Source of the DNA: Monocercomonoides exilis PA203
Taxonomy: Eukaryota; Protista; Preaxostyla
Assembly (NCBI GenBank): GCA_001643675.2
Contig: LSRY02000008.1
Coordinates: 434,001-498,000 of the forward strand
Direction of reading: 5' to 3'
Length of the DNA stretch: 64,000 nucleotides
Part shown: positions 52,459 through 64,000 of the stretch, one piece after another
How positions within the stretch are numbered: position 1 is the first letter of the stretch
Layout of the letters: every line of letters starts with the position of its first letter
The notes under the pieces: model-generated
What the model was told of the DNA's origin: nothing
What the model saw: only the letters and a program-made list of their open reading frames with translations
Database searches by the model: none
Program-made: the position numbers and the translations under genes

Positions 52459-55400
52459 GTCCAGTGAATAACATGTTCATATTCATTCTTTTCTCAACAA
52501 AATAAACGAAAAATTCAAACATCATTTATTTTCTTTCAAGAAGCAAGTTCAACTTCAACACAAATCGCTTTGTTCTATAAAATAATTGTTTTTGCAATAA
52601 AAGTTCAACGAGACAGCAGAGCTCGGCTGAACGAGGAAAAAATAGAAAACTTTTTTGTTTCTTTTTGATCAAACTAACAGAAATTCATAATGATGATATT
52701 TTCCTTTGTCTTTTTTCATTTTGAAGCAAATGCATTCTGAGAATGCAATAGCAATCGCTTCTAAGATGCAAATGAAATTCTTCTAATATGAAAATAGAAA
52801 CGTGTTATCAAAACGATTCTTGAGGAAAAAATATTTTTCTCATTTGGATTCATCAATTCTGACTGACAAGGAGAACAAATGTTTGCATGCCTTTGTTCTG
52901 TGATCTGTTTTCAACTTGCCTTCTTTTTAACTTTCTTATAAAAATGACTCGTTGAACTGTTGAAGATGAAAGAATTTAACAGTCAAAAAAGATAAGAAGG
53001 ACAAAAGAAAAGGGCAATTGTGTCAAAAGGATGCAAATGCAAAACAAACTAATTTGAAGAAAGAACCGAACAAAATTCGCCAAGCCCCAAAGAGGCAGAG
53101 AGAATTGTGTAATGAGCAAAATGGGCATTATTTGAGAGACCAACTCCAACAACAAAGCTTTATCATTTTGAAAATCAGACAAAGACACAACAAAAGAAGA
53201 AGCAGAAAATGACCTTTTTTTAACTGCGAATTATTTCACAAATACAACAGAAAAAGCGGTTTTCTTTCAGACAGAACGAGACTGAAAAAATGAAACAGCA
53301 AGAGCAACTTGGCCTTGAGAAACACAAAGATAGGGCACAAATCGCCATTTCTTAATATGCATATAAACAATGAACAGTCTTCAATGGAAGGAATTCATTT
53401 TTCTTTTTTTGGATCGCATTCAATCTGAATGAAGGAAGTGACGAATTCAATGATTCATGTTCTGATGATATTGTCTGCTCTGATGAAAGAAAAATCGAAT
53501 TATTCGATTTGTCTTGTTTGATTGAGCATTTCATGTTCAGTTGAATTAAATGGAACAGCCGAATGGATGAACAATGTCTCATCAATTGTTCCTTTTATTT
53601 CTGTATTCAACATGACTTTCCAACAGAAAAGCCTTCTTCTTCTTCTGTGTATCTTCTTTAAATCCCACTGAATATATTGTCAACCTCATCGTCATCGCTT
53701 TCTTCACCTTCTTCTTCCCCCTCAAATTCACTTATTTCCTTCTTTCTTCCTCTATTTCTCAATCACATCAACTCCATTTCTCCTTCTTCTTCAACAACTT
53801 TTCCATCAATCTCTTCGAAGATCCTTCAAATTCTTCATTTTCTTCATTTTCAACAAATTCTGTTTCTCCGAAGACAATTTCTCCGAACCCATTATATAAT
53901 TCTCTTCTTCATCCCTCAAAATATCCATCGAGCCATCTTTTGCAGTTTGCCTTCAAAAAACCCAGCAATTTTGATCGAATTTCCCATTTTTCGTCTTCTT
54001 AGCCAATTCAAAACGAAATTGAAGAATGCAAAATTTATCCTCTTTTCGCAATCAATATGAAACCTATTTGTGTTTCATCTTGATTCTTCTTCTTCGTCTT
54101 CTTCCTCTTCTTCTTCCTCATCTTCGTCTTCCTCTCATTTCTTTCCTTTCTTTCCTTTTCATTTCCTTTTTCTTTCCTTTTCAATTTGTTTCCTCTGCAG
54201 TTCAGCCATTGCAACAAATCTCCAACCTTCATTTGCTTCTGATTGGAGCAGTCTTTTGCTTTTCTTGTGTTGTCTCCATTCGACTTCACAGCTGAATCGC
54301 CTGTGATGTTACAATCAACCATCAGACATTTCAGAAATAGAACTGTTTTAATTTGACTGCCTGGCAACAACAACAGCAGCTGCTGCTGTCTCCCTCACAC
54401 AAACAATTGAATCCTCCTTCTCATCGCATGAGCTCCCACACGCTGTGGAAGCTCCCTCACATTTGAAAAAAAAATAATATTTTTGCTTCAATAATTGTTG
54501 CAATACTGGAAAGAAGATGAAAGAACACAGTGATGCTTCATTCACCTTGTTGACGGCCAAGCCTCTGAGGAGAAGAGCGAACTCAACCAGTTCCATAAAA
54601 AATGTTCGATTGAAAGCAGAATCTGATGAAATTCTCCATTTTTTTTTTAAAAAAAAAGCCATTTCTTATTTGAAAGCCGCAACGCAAGATAAACGCAGGC
54701 CAACAGCAATGCAACCAGAAATAAACAAATAAATCAAACAGTCTTCAGAGAAATTGTCCACTCTCAATGTTTGTCTGAGAAAACATGGCCGTCTTGTCTA
54801 ACGTTTGCAAACACCTCAGCGCACCCAATGCGAAGCAGCACAGCCCTTACAAATCAACACCACATCGATGCCACACAAATGAAGCATAGCAATAAAATCT
54901 CTGGATGGCTGCGCTTGAAGAGGCTGATCAAAAATATTCTGTATTTTTTCTGCAGTTGCCTGTGGCTCCGAAGAAAGCAAATTTCGAATGATAATCACCT
55001 TGATTGCTCAATATGGCTGTCCCTTCGAAGAATGAAATTCAAGTGCTGTTGGCCTGAATGTTGTTCAACTGCCAGCAAATATTCGACAATTAGATGTCTC
55101 GTAGTTGGCGTTTCTCCACTCTTTTGAAGCAAAAGCGGAATCATAAATAGAATTTCGTCGCTTTCCATGTCTGCCTGGCGCAGTCCGAGAAACAGGAAAA
55201 CTTTATAAATAAAACCGATATTTTGGGGCTCTCCTTTTTTTCGTTGAATTCTTGCCTGTTTTTAAGTGATTAATATCATTCCCTTGGTTGGCTAACCACT
55301 TTCCTTGCCAAAAAAATACCCCAAACTGCTCCCCCCTGCCTAGCATTCATAAATTCTACATAGTTTTGTGCAGGTTTTGTCTTTCACAAAATTCCATCCA

Positions 55401-56379
55401 TAAATCTTCATTTTTTAATATTACAGTAGAATTTGTATTCATCTCTTGCACCAAATAAAAATCATGCATCTTCCGTAACTTCATTTATATCCTAATTGCT
55501 ATATAATAATCAGCTCTGTTTTCATCGTATTACTCCACAAAGCGGAGATTGGCCATTTCAACAATAACTCATATTCCTGCACTTTGGAGAGGATACAGAT
55601 GGAAACATCTTCACAACATATAGAACAATGAAAATTACATACATTATGTCTTTTTGTGTTATTGATGAAATTGTTGTCTTCCCTTTTGCCATCCAATCTC
55701 CAATAATCATCAGACAGAATTCCAAAAATATTGCATTGCTTCATTTCTTGTTGTCACACATGTAATAATATTCCTAGTTCTACAAGAAATGTTCACTCAC
55801 GGAATTCTCATTCTGTGAATGGATAATTCCGTTTTTTCAAATCTGATGATCATAGAATCCATTACAAAAGATTTCAATATATTAACAGTTTTATTTCTTT
55901 GAAAATACAAGTCGAAAATGTTATCGAAAGATGGAATAGTTTGAATGAATTTATTTTTTATAGGGCTTTTGTGAGTTTTCATTTTTCATACGTTTTCTTC
56001 AATCCAATCATATTCGAACTTTCATTGTGAATATCAAAATGGCATTGCTATCTTCATCAATTTTTTTTAAAAAAAACATCTGTACATAGGAGACAGACAG
56101 CACAAAAAAGTTCAATAGTGTGCATTCATTGTTGCATTTGAATTCTGGCTTATTCTGATTAAACTATTTTCTAATAACAGAATTGTTTTGTGAACTGGAA
56201 GAATGTAATGAAGATGAACAAATTCAGAAAATCGAAGAAATGAATGAAATTGTTGATAGAATGAATAAGGAAGAATTTAAATCGGTTTTCAACACAGAAC
56301 TGTTCAATAAAATACACCAAATGATTGAAGAAAAGAAATTGCCATTAGAAAATGCAATTTTGGTGCTGAAGCATGCTGG
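52144..56379 (+). repeat. Left arm of large inverted duplication
   Basis: Reverse complement of 59780-64000; mirrored identical ORFs (54771-55127/61031-61387, 55499-55744/60415-60660). Confidence 0.95.
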
Positions 56380-57501
56380 TTATTACAAAGTGTTGAATAA
56401 AATATTCAAACTAGATTACAATGGAACTTCGCTGGACTATAGATTTATGAGGATGATTTTAAATAAAGAGACGAAAAATGAAGGAAAAAACGAAAAGCTT
56501 CTGATAGATATCTGTGAATGCTTTGCTTTTTTGAATGATGGAATGATCTCACCGGAATTGCTTTCAGTTTGCGTGCCTTGTTTTCTGAAATTTGCATTGA
56601 ACAAAGAGGAGAACGAGGAAACCCAAAGAGAAGTGGAAATAGCTTTGCTGGCTTTAAGTTGCATTAGCAGATTTTATGTATGAGAATTTCAATTTCATTT
56701 TTGACGTAACTGGTTTTTTTCTCTCTTTTTGATAAGAAAATGGATAAAGAACTGTATTATGATGAAATTAAAGAGATCATTGAATATCACCATGAACATC
56801 GAAACCTCACTCGACTTGCTTATCAGTCTGCTTGGCAGTTTGATATAGACCGATTATTGCTCAATTATATCATTGGCCATGCTGTTATGAATGAAATTCA
56901 TTTTGAAAAGGAGGCAACAAGAGAATTGGAAGAGCTGTTAAGAAATATGGATTGGAAGAAGAAAGAAGAGGAAATGAGCAAAGAAGAAGCGAAAGATGAG
57001 TTTATATTGATGAGATGGCTCGATGCTATTAATTATTACAATTCCTTTTGCGAATTGTGGAACGAAGAATGTGTTGAACTGATAGGAGGCATTGTTCGGG
57101 TATTTCGAGCGGCAAAGGATAATCACAGCGTTATTAGCAATCAATGCATTTATTCCTTGAGAACTGCAGCAAAAAATAAAGATGTGAAAGTTGAAGATTT
57201 ATTAAATGGAGAAGCAGTTTATGCTGTTTTGGAAGAGATGCAGCAACAAACATTGAACGATCGTACGGTAAATGAATGCTTACAATTCTTTATGAGCGTT
57301 TCAAATCGATTGGAAAAAAAGAATGAAGATGAAAGGGAAGAAGTTAAAAGAAAGTCAACAAAAATGGATACATTTGAAAAGCTGGAGGAAGAAGGATATG
57401 AAGATACCATCACCACCTTTCATAAAATATTTGATTATCTCTTTGGAAAATATTCTCTTGGAACATCGTTGAATATTTCAGATTATCTTGTGAATATTTG
57501 A
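56039..57501 (+). pseudogene. EEEGYED-family paralog B; exons 56039-56117, 56181-56677, 56737-57501, with one in-frame TAG at 56087-56089
   Basis: GT-AG introns in the same phases as paralog A; exons 2-3 open; an alternative start cannot be excluded. Confidence 0.7.
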
Positions 57502-58663
57502 GGAAATGAAATTCTTTGAATTTCATGACTCACAATTTCACTTTCTCTTTTTTCATTCATTTCACAAAACGGAACAAAAATTTATTTTCATATGTTTGCT
57601 TAAAGTGATTTTTTATCCAGATTCATCAAAATGAAGTGAAGAAACAACAACAAAAAAAAAAGATTCAATTTTTGTTTTTTCCAAATTAAATAATTAAAAT
57701 ATTATAAATCATGAATTTCTTCATTTTCTTCTTTCTTTCACCAAAGTTCTTCCCAAAATAAGTTAACAAATGATTTTGATTTCAAATTCTTCATTCATTC
57801 TTTTGATTGTTTTGAGAAAAACAACCTCTTTTCAGTTCATTGGAAACAAAAGTTTTGTTTTCGCAATGCTTCCTTTGCTTTCGAGGAATATCAGAAACCC
57901 TCAGAGAATGTTGAAAACACAACAAAAACAGCAAATAACGATGTTGATACTGCTTCAAGTGAAGAGATGCATTCAACCCAAACGCTTTCATCTGCCTGTT
58001 TATTCATTCTTCATCATTTCCATTTCCAAAAGTTAAAACAATCCGTTTGCAGCATCTGAAGGCAATATAAAACTGTTTAATTTGAAAATCGGAGAGGAGG
58101 AAGAAATTCTAATAAGAGTTTTGATGCATCCCTTGAAGATTGAGAGAGAAAGTGAGAAGAATTAAAATAAAAAACAAAATCGAATTGTTCATTTGAGAAG
58201 ATAAGCTTTTTTTGAAGAATTTGAAAAAAGAGATGCTTCTTGAATTGGAAGAAGAAGAAGAAGGAGAAAGAGAAGAAGAAGAGGAAAAAGAGGAAGAAGA
58301 AGAGGAAGAGGAGGAAAAGGAGGAAGAGGAGGAGGAAGTGGAAGGAGAAGGAGAAGAAGAGGAGCTGAAAAGCTGAGAAACACAGAGTCAGAATGCAAGA
58401 AGCAACTGAAGGCAGGCACAGATTGAAGGCACGTGAGACAGCTGCTTCGCCACTCTTCCTGCGACGAGGCAGCTGGGAGTGTGCAGAAGAGTGCCATTTC
58501 ACTAGCAAAAAGGGGGCTGAACAGTCCTCAGCCTCGAGAATTTGATGAAAAAAAAAATAAAAATATCAATAAAAACAATTGAATTATTTTTTATCATTTC
58601 GTGAAATGAATAAAAATGAAAAAGACAGTAATTGAGATTCAAAATAATATGAGTTTCATTTTC

Positions 58664-60120
58664 TTAAACATTCACAAAATAATCAGAAATGCTCAACGAT
58701 AGCGTATGATAATTTTCCTTCAAAAAGTCAAAGATTTTTCGAAAACTCTCAATGCAATCTTCGTATCCCTCTTCTTCCATTTTTTCAAATGTCTTCTTTT
58801 TCGTCATTTTTCTTTTCTCTTCTTCCTTTTCATTATCTTCTTCTTCTTCTTTCCATCTCTGTGAAACATTCATAAAGAAAAACAAACAATTCCACATCAT
58901 TTCGAAACTTAATGTTGGCTGCTGAATCTCCTCCAAAAAAGCTGCAACAGCTCTTCCTCTCAACAATCCATCAACTTTCACAGTCCTGTTTCTTTATGCT
59001 CTTTGAAAAGAATAAGTGCACTGATAGCTAATTCCTCCGTAATTATCCTTCGCTGCTCGATACACCTGAACAACTCCTCCAATAAGTCCAAAAAATATTC
59101 ATTCTTCGAATGATATTTGCTAAAATATATCTCCAATGTTTCAATCCATCTTGACAAAATTAGCTCTTCCTTCGTTTCTTTCTTTCTTTCTTCTTCTTTT
59201 CTCTTCCAATCAACAGATCTTGTCAGCTCTTCCAATTCTCTTCTTGCTTCTCTCGCATAATGCAGCTCATTCACAATCATATCTTCCAAACTTTCATCAT
59301 GGAAGAATCTGCCAATCAAAAAATCGCCAAGCTGACGGATAGGCAAGCCGTGTCAGATTCTGATGCTCTTGATGATTTTGGATAATCTCTTTGAGTTCAC
59401 TCAAATATAGTTCTTGTATCATTTCCAAATTAGAAATAAATGGAGGAAAAAGCAAACATAATAAAAATGAAATAGAAATGCTCACACTTGAAATCCAATA
59501 TTGCTCAAAGCCAGCAAAGCCATTTCCACTTCGTTCTGGACTTCGTCGCTTTTCTCTTTGTTCAATGCAACTTTAAGAAGACAAGGCATGTAAGTTGAAA
59601 GAAATTCCTCAGAAGCCCACCTGTTCAACAAAAGATAGCATTAGCAAAGATCAATCAGTAGATTTTCATTCTTTTCTTCTTTTTTCTTATCTTCTTTAAA
59701 TATCATCTTTTCAATTCTTTTGTTCAACGATGAATTTCTAAAATCAAAGATCCAAATGTTTTTCAGAATCTTCAAATATCCAGCATGCTTCAGCACCAAA
59801 ATTGCATTTTCTAATGGCAATTTCTTTTCTTCAATCATTTGGTGTATTTTATTGAACAGTTCTGTGTTGAAAACCGATTTAAATTCTTCCTTATTCATTC
59901 TATCAACAATTTCATTCATTTCTTCGATTTTCTGAATTTGTTCATCTTCATTACATTCTTCCAGTTCACAAAACAATTCTGTTATTAGAAAATAGTTTAA
60001 TCAGAATAAGCCAGAATTCAAATGCAACAATGAATGCACACTATTGAACTTTTTTGTGCTGTCTGTCTCCTATGTACAGATGTTTTTTTTAAAAAAAATT
60101 GATGAAGATAGCAATGCCAT
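58664..60120 (-). pseudogene. EEEGYED-family paralog B', with stops and frameshifts
   Basis: 5' part identical to B up to KHAG; TAA at 59641-59643 opposite Glu; frameshifts near 59340, 59080 and 58980. Confidence 0.85.
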
Positions 60121-63100
60121 TTTGATATTCACAATGAAAGTTCGAATATGATTGGATTGAAGAAAACGTATGAAAAATGAAAACTCACAAAAGCCCTATA
60201 AAAAATAAATTCATTCAAACTATTCCATCTTTCGATAACATTTTCGACTTGTATTTTCAAAGAAATAAAACTGTTAATATATTGAAATCTTTTGTAATGG
60301 ATTCTATGATCATCAGATTTGAAAAAACGGAATTATCCATTCACAGAATGAGAATTCCGTGAGTGAACATTTCTTGTAGAACTAGGAATATTATTACATG
60401 TGTGACAACAAGAAATGAAGCAATGCAATATTTTTGGAATTCTGTCTGATGATTATTGGAGATTGGATGGCAAAAGGGAAGACAACAATTTCATCAATAA
60501 CACAAAAAGACATAATGTATGTAATTTTCATTGTTCTATATGTTGTGAAGATGTTTCCATCTGTATCCTCTCCAAAGTGCAGGAATATGAGTTATTGTTG
60601 AAATGGCCAATCTCCGCTTTGTGGAGTAATACGATGAAAACAGAGCTGATTATTATATAGCAATTAGGATATAAATGAAGTTACGGAAGATGCATGATTT
60701 TTATTTGGTGCAAGAGATGAATACAAATTCTACTGTAATATTAAAAAATGAAGATTTATGGATGGAATTTTGTGAAAGACAAAACCTGCACAAAACTATG
60801 TAGAATTTATGAATGCTAGGCAGGGGGAGCAGTTTGGGGTATTTTTTTGGCAAGGAAAGTGGTTAGCCAACCAAGGGAATGATATTAATCACTTAAAAAC
60901 AGGCAAGAATTCAACGAAAAAAAGGAGAGCCCCAAAATATCGGTTTTATTTATAAAGTTTTCCTGTTTCTCGGACTGCGCCAGGCAGACATGGAAAGCGA
61001 CGAAATTCTATTTATGATTCCGCTTTTGCTTCAAAAGAGTGGAGAAACGCCAACTACGAGACATCTAATTGTCGAATATTTGCTGGCAGTTGAACAACAT
61101 TCAGGCCAACAGCACTTGAATTTCATTCTTCGAAGGGACAGCCATATTGAGCAATCAAGGTGATTATCATTCGAAATTTGCTTTCTTCGGAGCCACAGGC
61201 AACTGCAGAAAAAATACAGAATATTTTTGATCAGCCTCTTCAAGCGCAGCCATCCAGAGATTTTATTGCTATGCTTCATTTGTGTGGCATCGATGTGGTG
61301 TTGATTTGTAAGGGCTGTGCTGCTTCGCATTGGGTGCGCTGAGGTGTTTGCAAACGTTAGACAAGACGGCCATGTTTTCTCAGACAAACATTGAGAGTGG
61401 ACAATTTCTCTGAAGACTGTTTGATTTATTTGTTTATTTCTGGTTGCATTGCTGTTGGCCTGCGTTTATCTTGCGTTGCGGCTTTCAAATAAGAAATGGC
61501 TTTTTTTTTAAAAAAAAAATGGAGAATTTCATCAGATTCTGCTTTCAATCGAACATTTTTTATGGAACTGGTTGAGTTCGCTCTTCTCCTCAGAGGCTTG
61601 GCCGTCAACAAGGTGAATGAAGCATCACTGTGTTCTTTCATCTTCTTTCCAGTATTGCAACAATTATTGAAGCAAAAATATTATTTTTTTTTCAAATGTG
61701 AGGGAGCTTCCACAGCGTGTGGGAGCTCATGCGATGAGAAGGAGGATTCAATTGTTTGTGTGAGGGAGACAGCAGCAGCTGCTGTTGTTGTTGCCAGGCA
61801 GTCAAATTAAAACAGTTCTATTTCTGAAATGTCTGATGGTTGATTGTAACATCACAGGCGATTCAGCTGTGAAGTCGAATGGAGACAACACAAGAAAAGC
61901 AAAAGACTGCTCCAATCAGAAGCAAATGAAGGTTGGAGATTTGTTGCAATGGCTGAACTGCAGAGGAAACAAATTGAAAAGGAAAGAAAAAGGAAATGAA
62001 AAGGAAAGAAAGGAAAGAAATGAGAGGAAGACGAAGATGAGGAAGAAGAAGAGGAAGAAGACGAAGAAGAAGAATCAAGATGAAACACAAATAGGTTTCA
62101 TATTGATTGCGAAAAGAGGATAAATTTTGCATTCTTCAATTTCGTTTTGAATTGGCTAAGAAGACGAAAAATGGGAAATTCGATCAAAATTGCTGGGTTT
62201 TTTGAAGGCAAACTGCAAAAGATGGCTCGATGGATATTTTGAGGGATGAAGAAGAGAATTATATAATGGGTTCGGAGAAATTGTCTTCGGAGAAACAGAA
62301 TTTGTTGGAAATGAAGAAAATGAAGAATTTGAAGGGTCTTCGAAGAGATTGATGGAAAAGTTGTTGAAGAAGAAGGAGAAAGAAGGAGAAATGAAGGTGA
62401 AGGTGAAGGAGAAGAAGAGGAAGAAGAGGAAGAGGAAGAAGAAGAAAGCGATGACGATGAGGTTGCAATACATTCAGAGAGATATAAAGAAGATACACAG
62501 AAGAAGAAGAAGGCTTTTCTGTTGGAAAGTCATGTTGAATACAGAAATAAAAGGAACAATTGATGAGACATTGTTCATCCATTCGGCTGTTCCATTTAAT
62601 TCAACTGAACATGAAATGCTCAATCAAACAAGACAAATCGAATAATTCGATTTTTCTTTCATCAGAGCAGACAATATCATCAGAACATGAATCATTGAAT
62701 TCGTCACTTCCTTCATTCAGATTGAATGCGATCCAAAAAAAGAAAAATGAATTCCTTCCATTGAAGACTGTTCATTGTTTATATGCATATTAAGAAATGG
62801 CGATTTGTGCCCTATCTTTGTGTTTCTCAAGGCCAAGTTGCTCTTGCTGTTTCATTTTTTCAGTCTCGTTCTGTCTGAAAGAAAACCGCTTTTTCTGTTG
62901 TATTTGTGAAATAATTCGCAGTTAAAAAAAGGTCATTTTCTGCTTCTTCTTTTGTTGTGTCTTTGTCTGATTTTCAAAATGATAAAGCTTTGTTGTTGGA
63001 GTTGGCTTCTCAAATTAAACTTTTTTTGCTTATTTCCAAATTCCAAAATGTCATTTTGGGCTTGGCGAATTTTTGTTCGGTTCTTTCTTCAAATTAGTTT

Positions 63101-64000
63101 GTTCTGCATTTGCATCCTTTTGACACAATTGCCCTTTTCTTTTGTCCTTCTTATCTTTTTTGACTGTTAAATTCTTTCATCTTCAACAGTTCAACGAGTC
63201 ATTTTTATAAGAAAGTTAAAAAGAAGGCAAGTTGAAAACAGATCACAGAACAAAGGCATGCAAACATTTGTTCTCCTTGTCAGTCAGAATTGATGAATCC
63301 AAATGAGAATAACATTTTTTCCTCAAGAATCGTTTTATTTGCCCGTTTCTATTTTCTCACAAAAAGAATTTCATTTGCTTCTTTGAAGCGATTGCAATTC
63401 CAATCTCAGAATGCATTTGCTTCAAAATGAAAAAAGACAAAGGAAAATATCATCATAATGAATTTCTGTTGGTTTGATCAAAAAGAAACAAAAAGTTTTC
63501 TATTTTTTGCTCGTTCAGCCAAACTCTGCTGTCTCGTTGAACTTTTATTACAAAAACTGTTTTTTATAGAACAAAGCGATTTGTGTTGAAGTTGCATTTG
63601 CTTCTTGAAAGAAAATAAATGACGTTTGAATTTTTCGTTTATTTTGTTGAGAAAAGAATGAATATGAACATGTTATTCACTGGACATGATAAGCAGAAAG
63701 GATTTTCGAGCTATTGATAAGTCTATCGATGAGTTCAAAAAGAAGTCATCAAATGAGCATTTTTCAGGTTTGTTCATTGTTCTGTGATTTGAAGCCCAAT
63801 TCTATTTGTTATTTTATCATTTTCGAAGAATTTCTTTGTGAGCTGGGACGTTGCGATGGGAATGCACAAAGACAGAAAATCCTTGAAATGAATGAAATAA
63901 TTGATGAAATGGAGGAAGAAGAATTTGAATCTGTCTTCACAAAAGAAATGTTCGATGAAATGGACGAAATGATTAAAGAAGAGAAACTTTCGACGAGAAA
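59780..64000 (-). repeat. Right arm of large inverted duplication (runs off the window)
   Basis: Reverse complement of 52144-56379. Confidence 0.95.
63686..64000 (+). CDS. EEEGYED-family paralog A', 5' part (truncated by window end)
   Basis: Near-identical mirror of 52458-52144. Confidence 0.75.

Noticed and set aside
38766-58666. Full TAA/TAG-to-Gln genetic code
   Set aside because: No internal TAR in ~2560 codons, and homologous termini use TAA (50993, 58664) or TGA (57501) interchangeably

Overview
AT-rich, intron-containing eukaryotic DNA using the standard code. Gene-family style suggests an oxymonad/Monocercomonoides-like protist (inference only). Main contents: (1) three genes of a W/M-rich 30-aa tandem-repeat family, one with five near-identical 990-bp higher-order repeats; (2) a TMEM170-like gene; (3) a decayed Merlin/IS1595-type transposon; (4) a pogo-type MITE and two tail-to-tail pogo/Fot-like DD35D transposase relics; (5) a 6.0-kb TIR element (GGGTG...CACCC, ATAT-flanked) that splits one pogo gene and carries only host-gene-like cargo, including importin-alpha-like ARM repeats; (6) an intact ~2567-aa beta-helix/TM/pseudokinase receptor-like gene; (7) an inverted duplication with arms of at least 4.2 kb, ending inside paralogous coding sequence and showing patchy identity suggestive of gene conversion. 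Much of the rest is decayed gene debris I cannot assign. No tRNA, rRNA or CRISPR seen.
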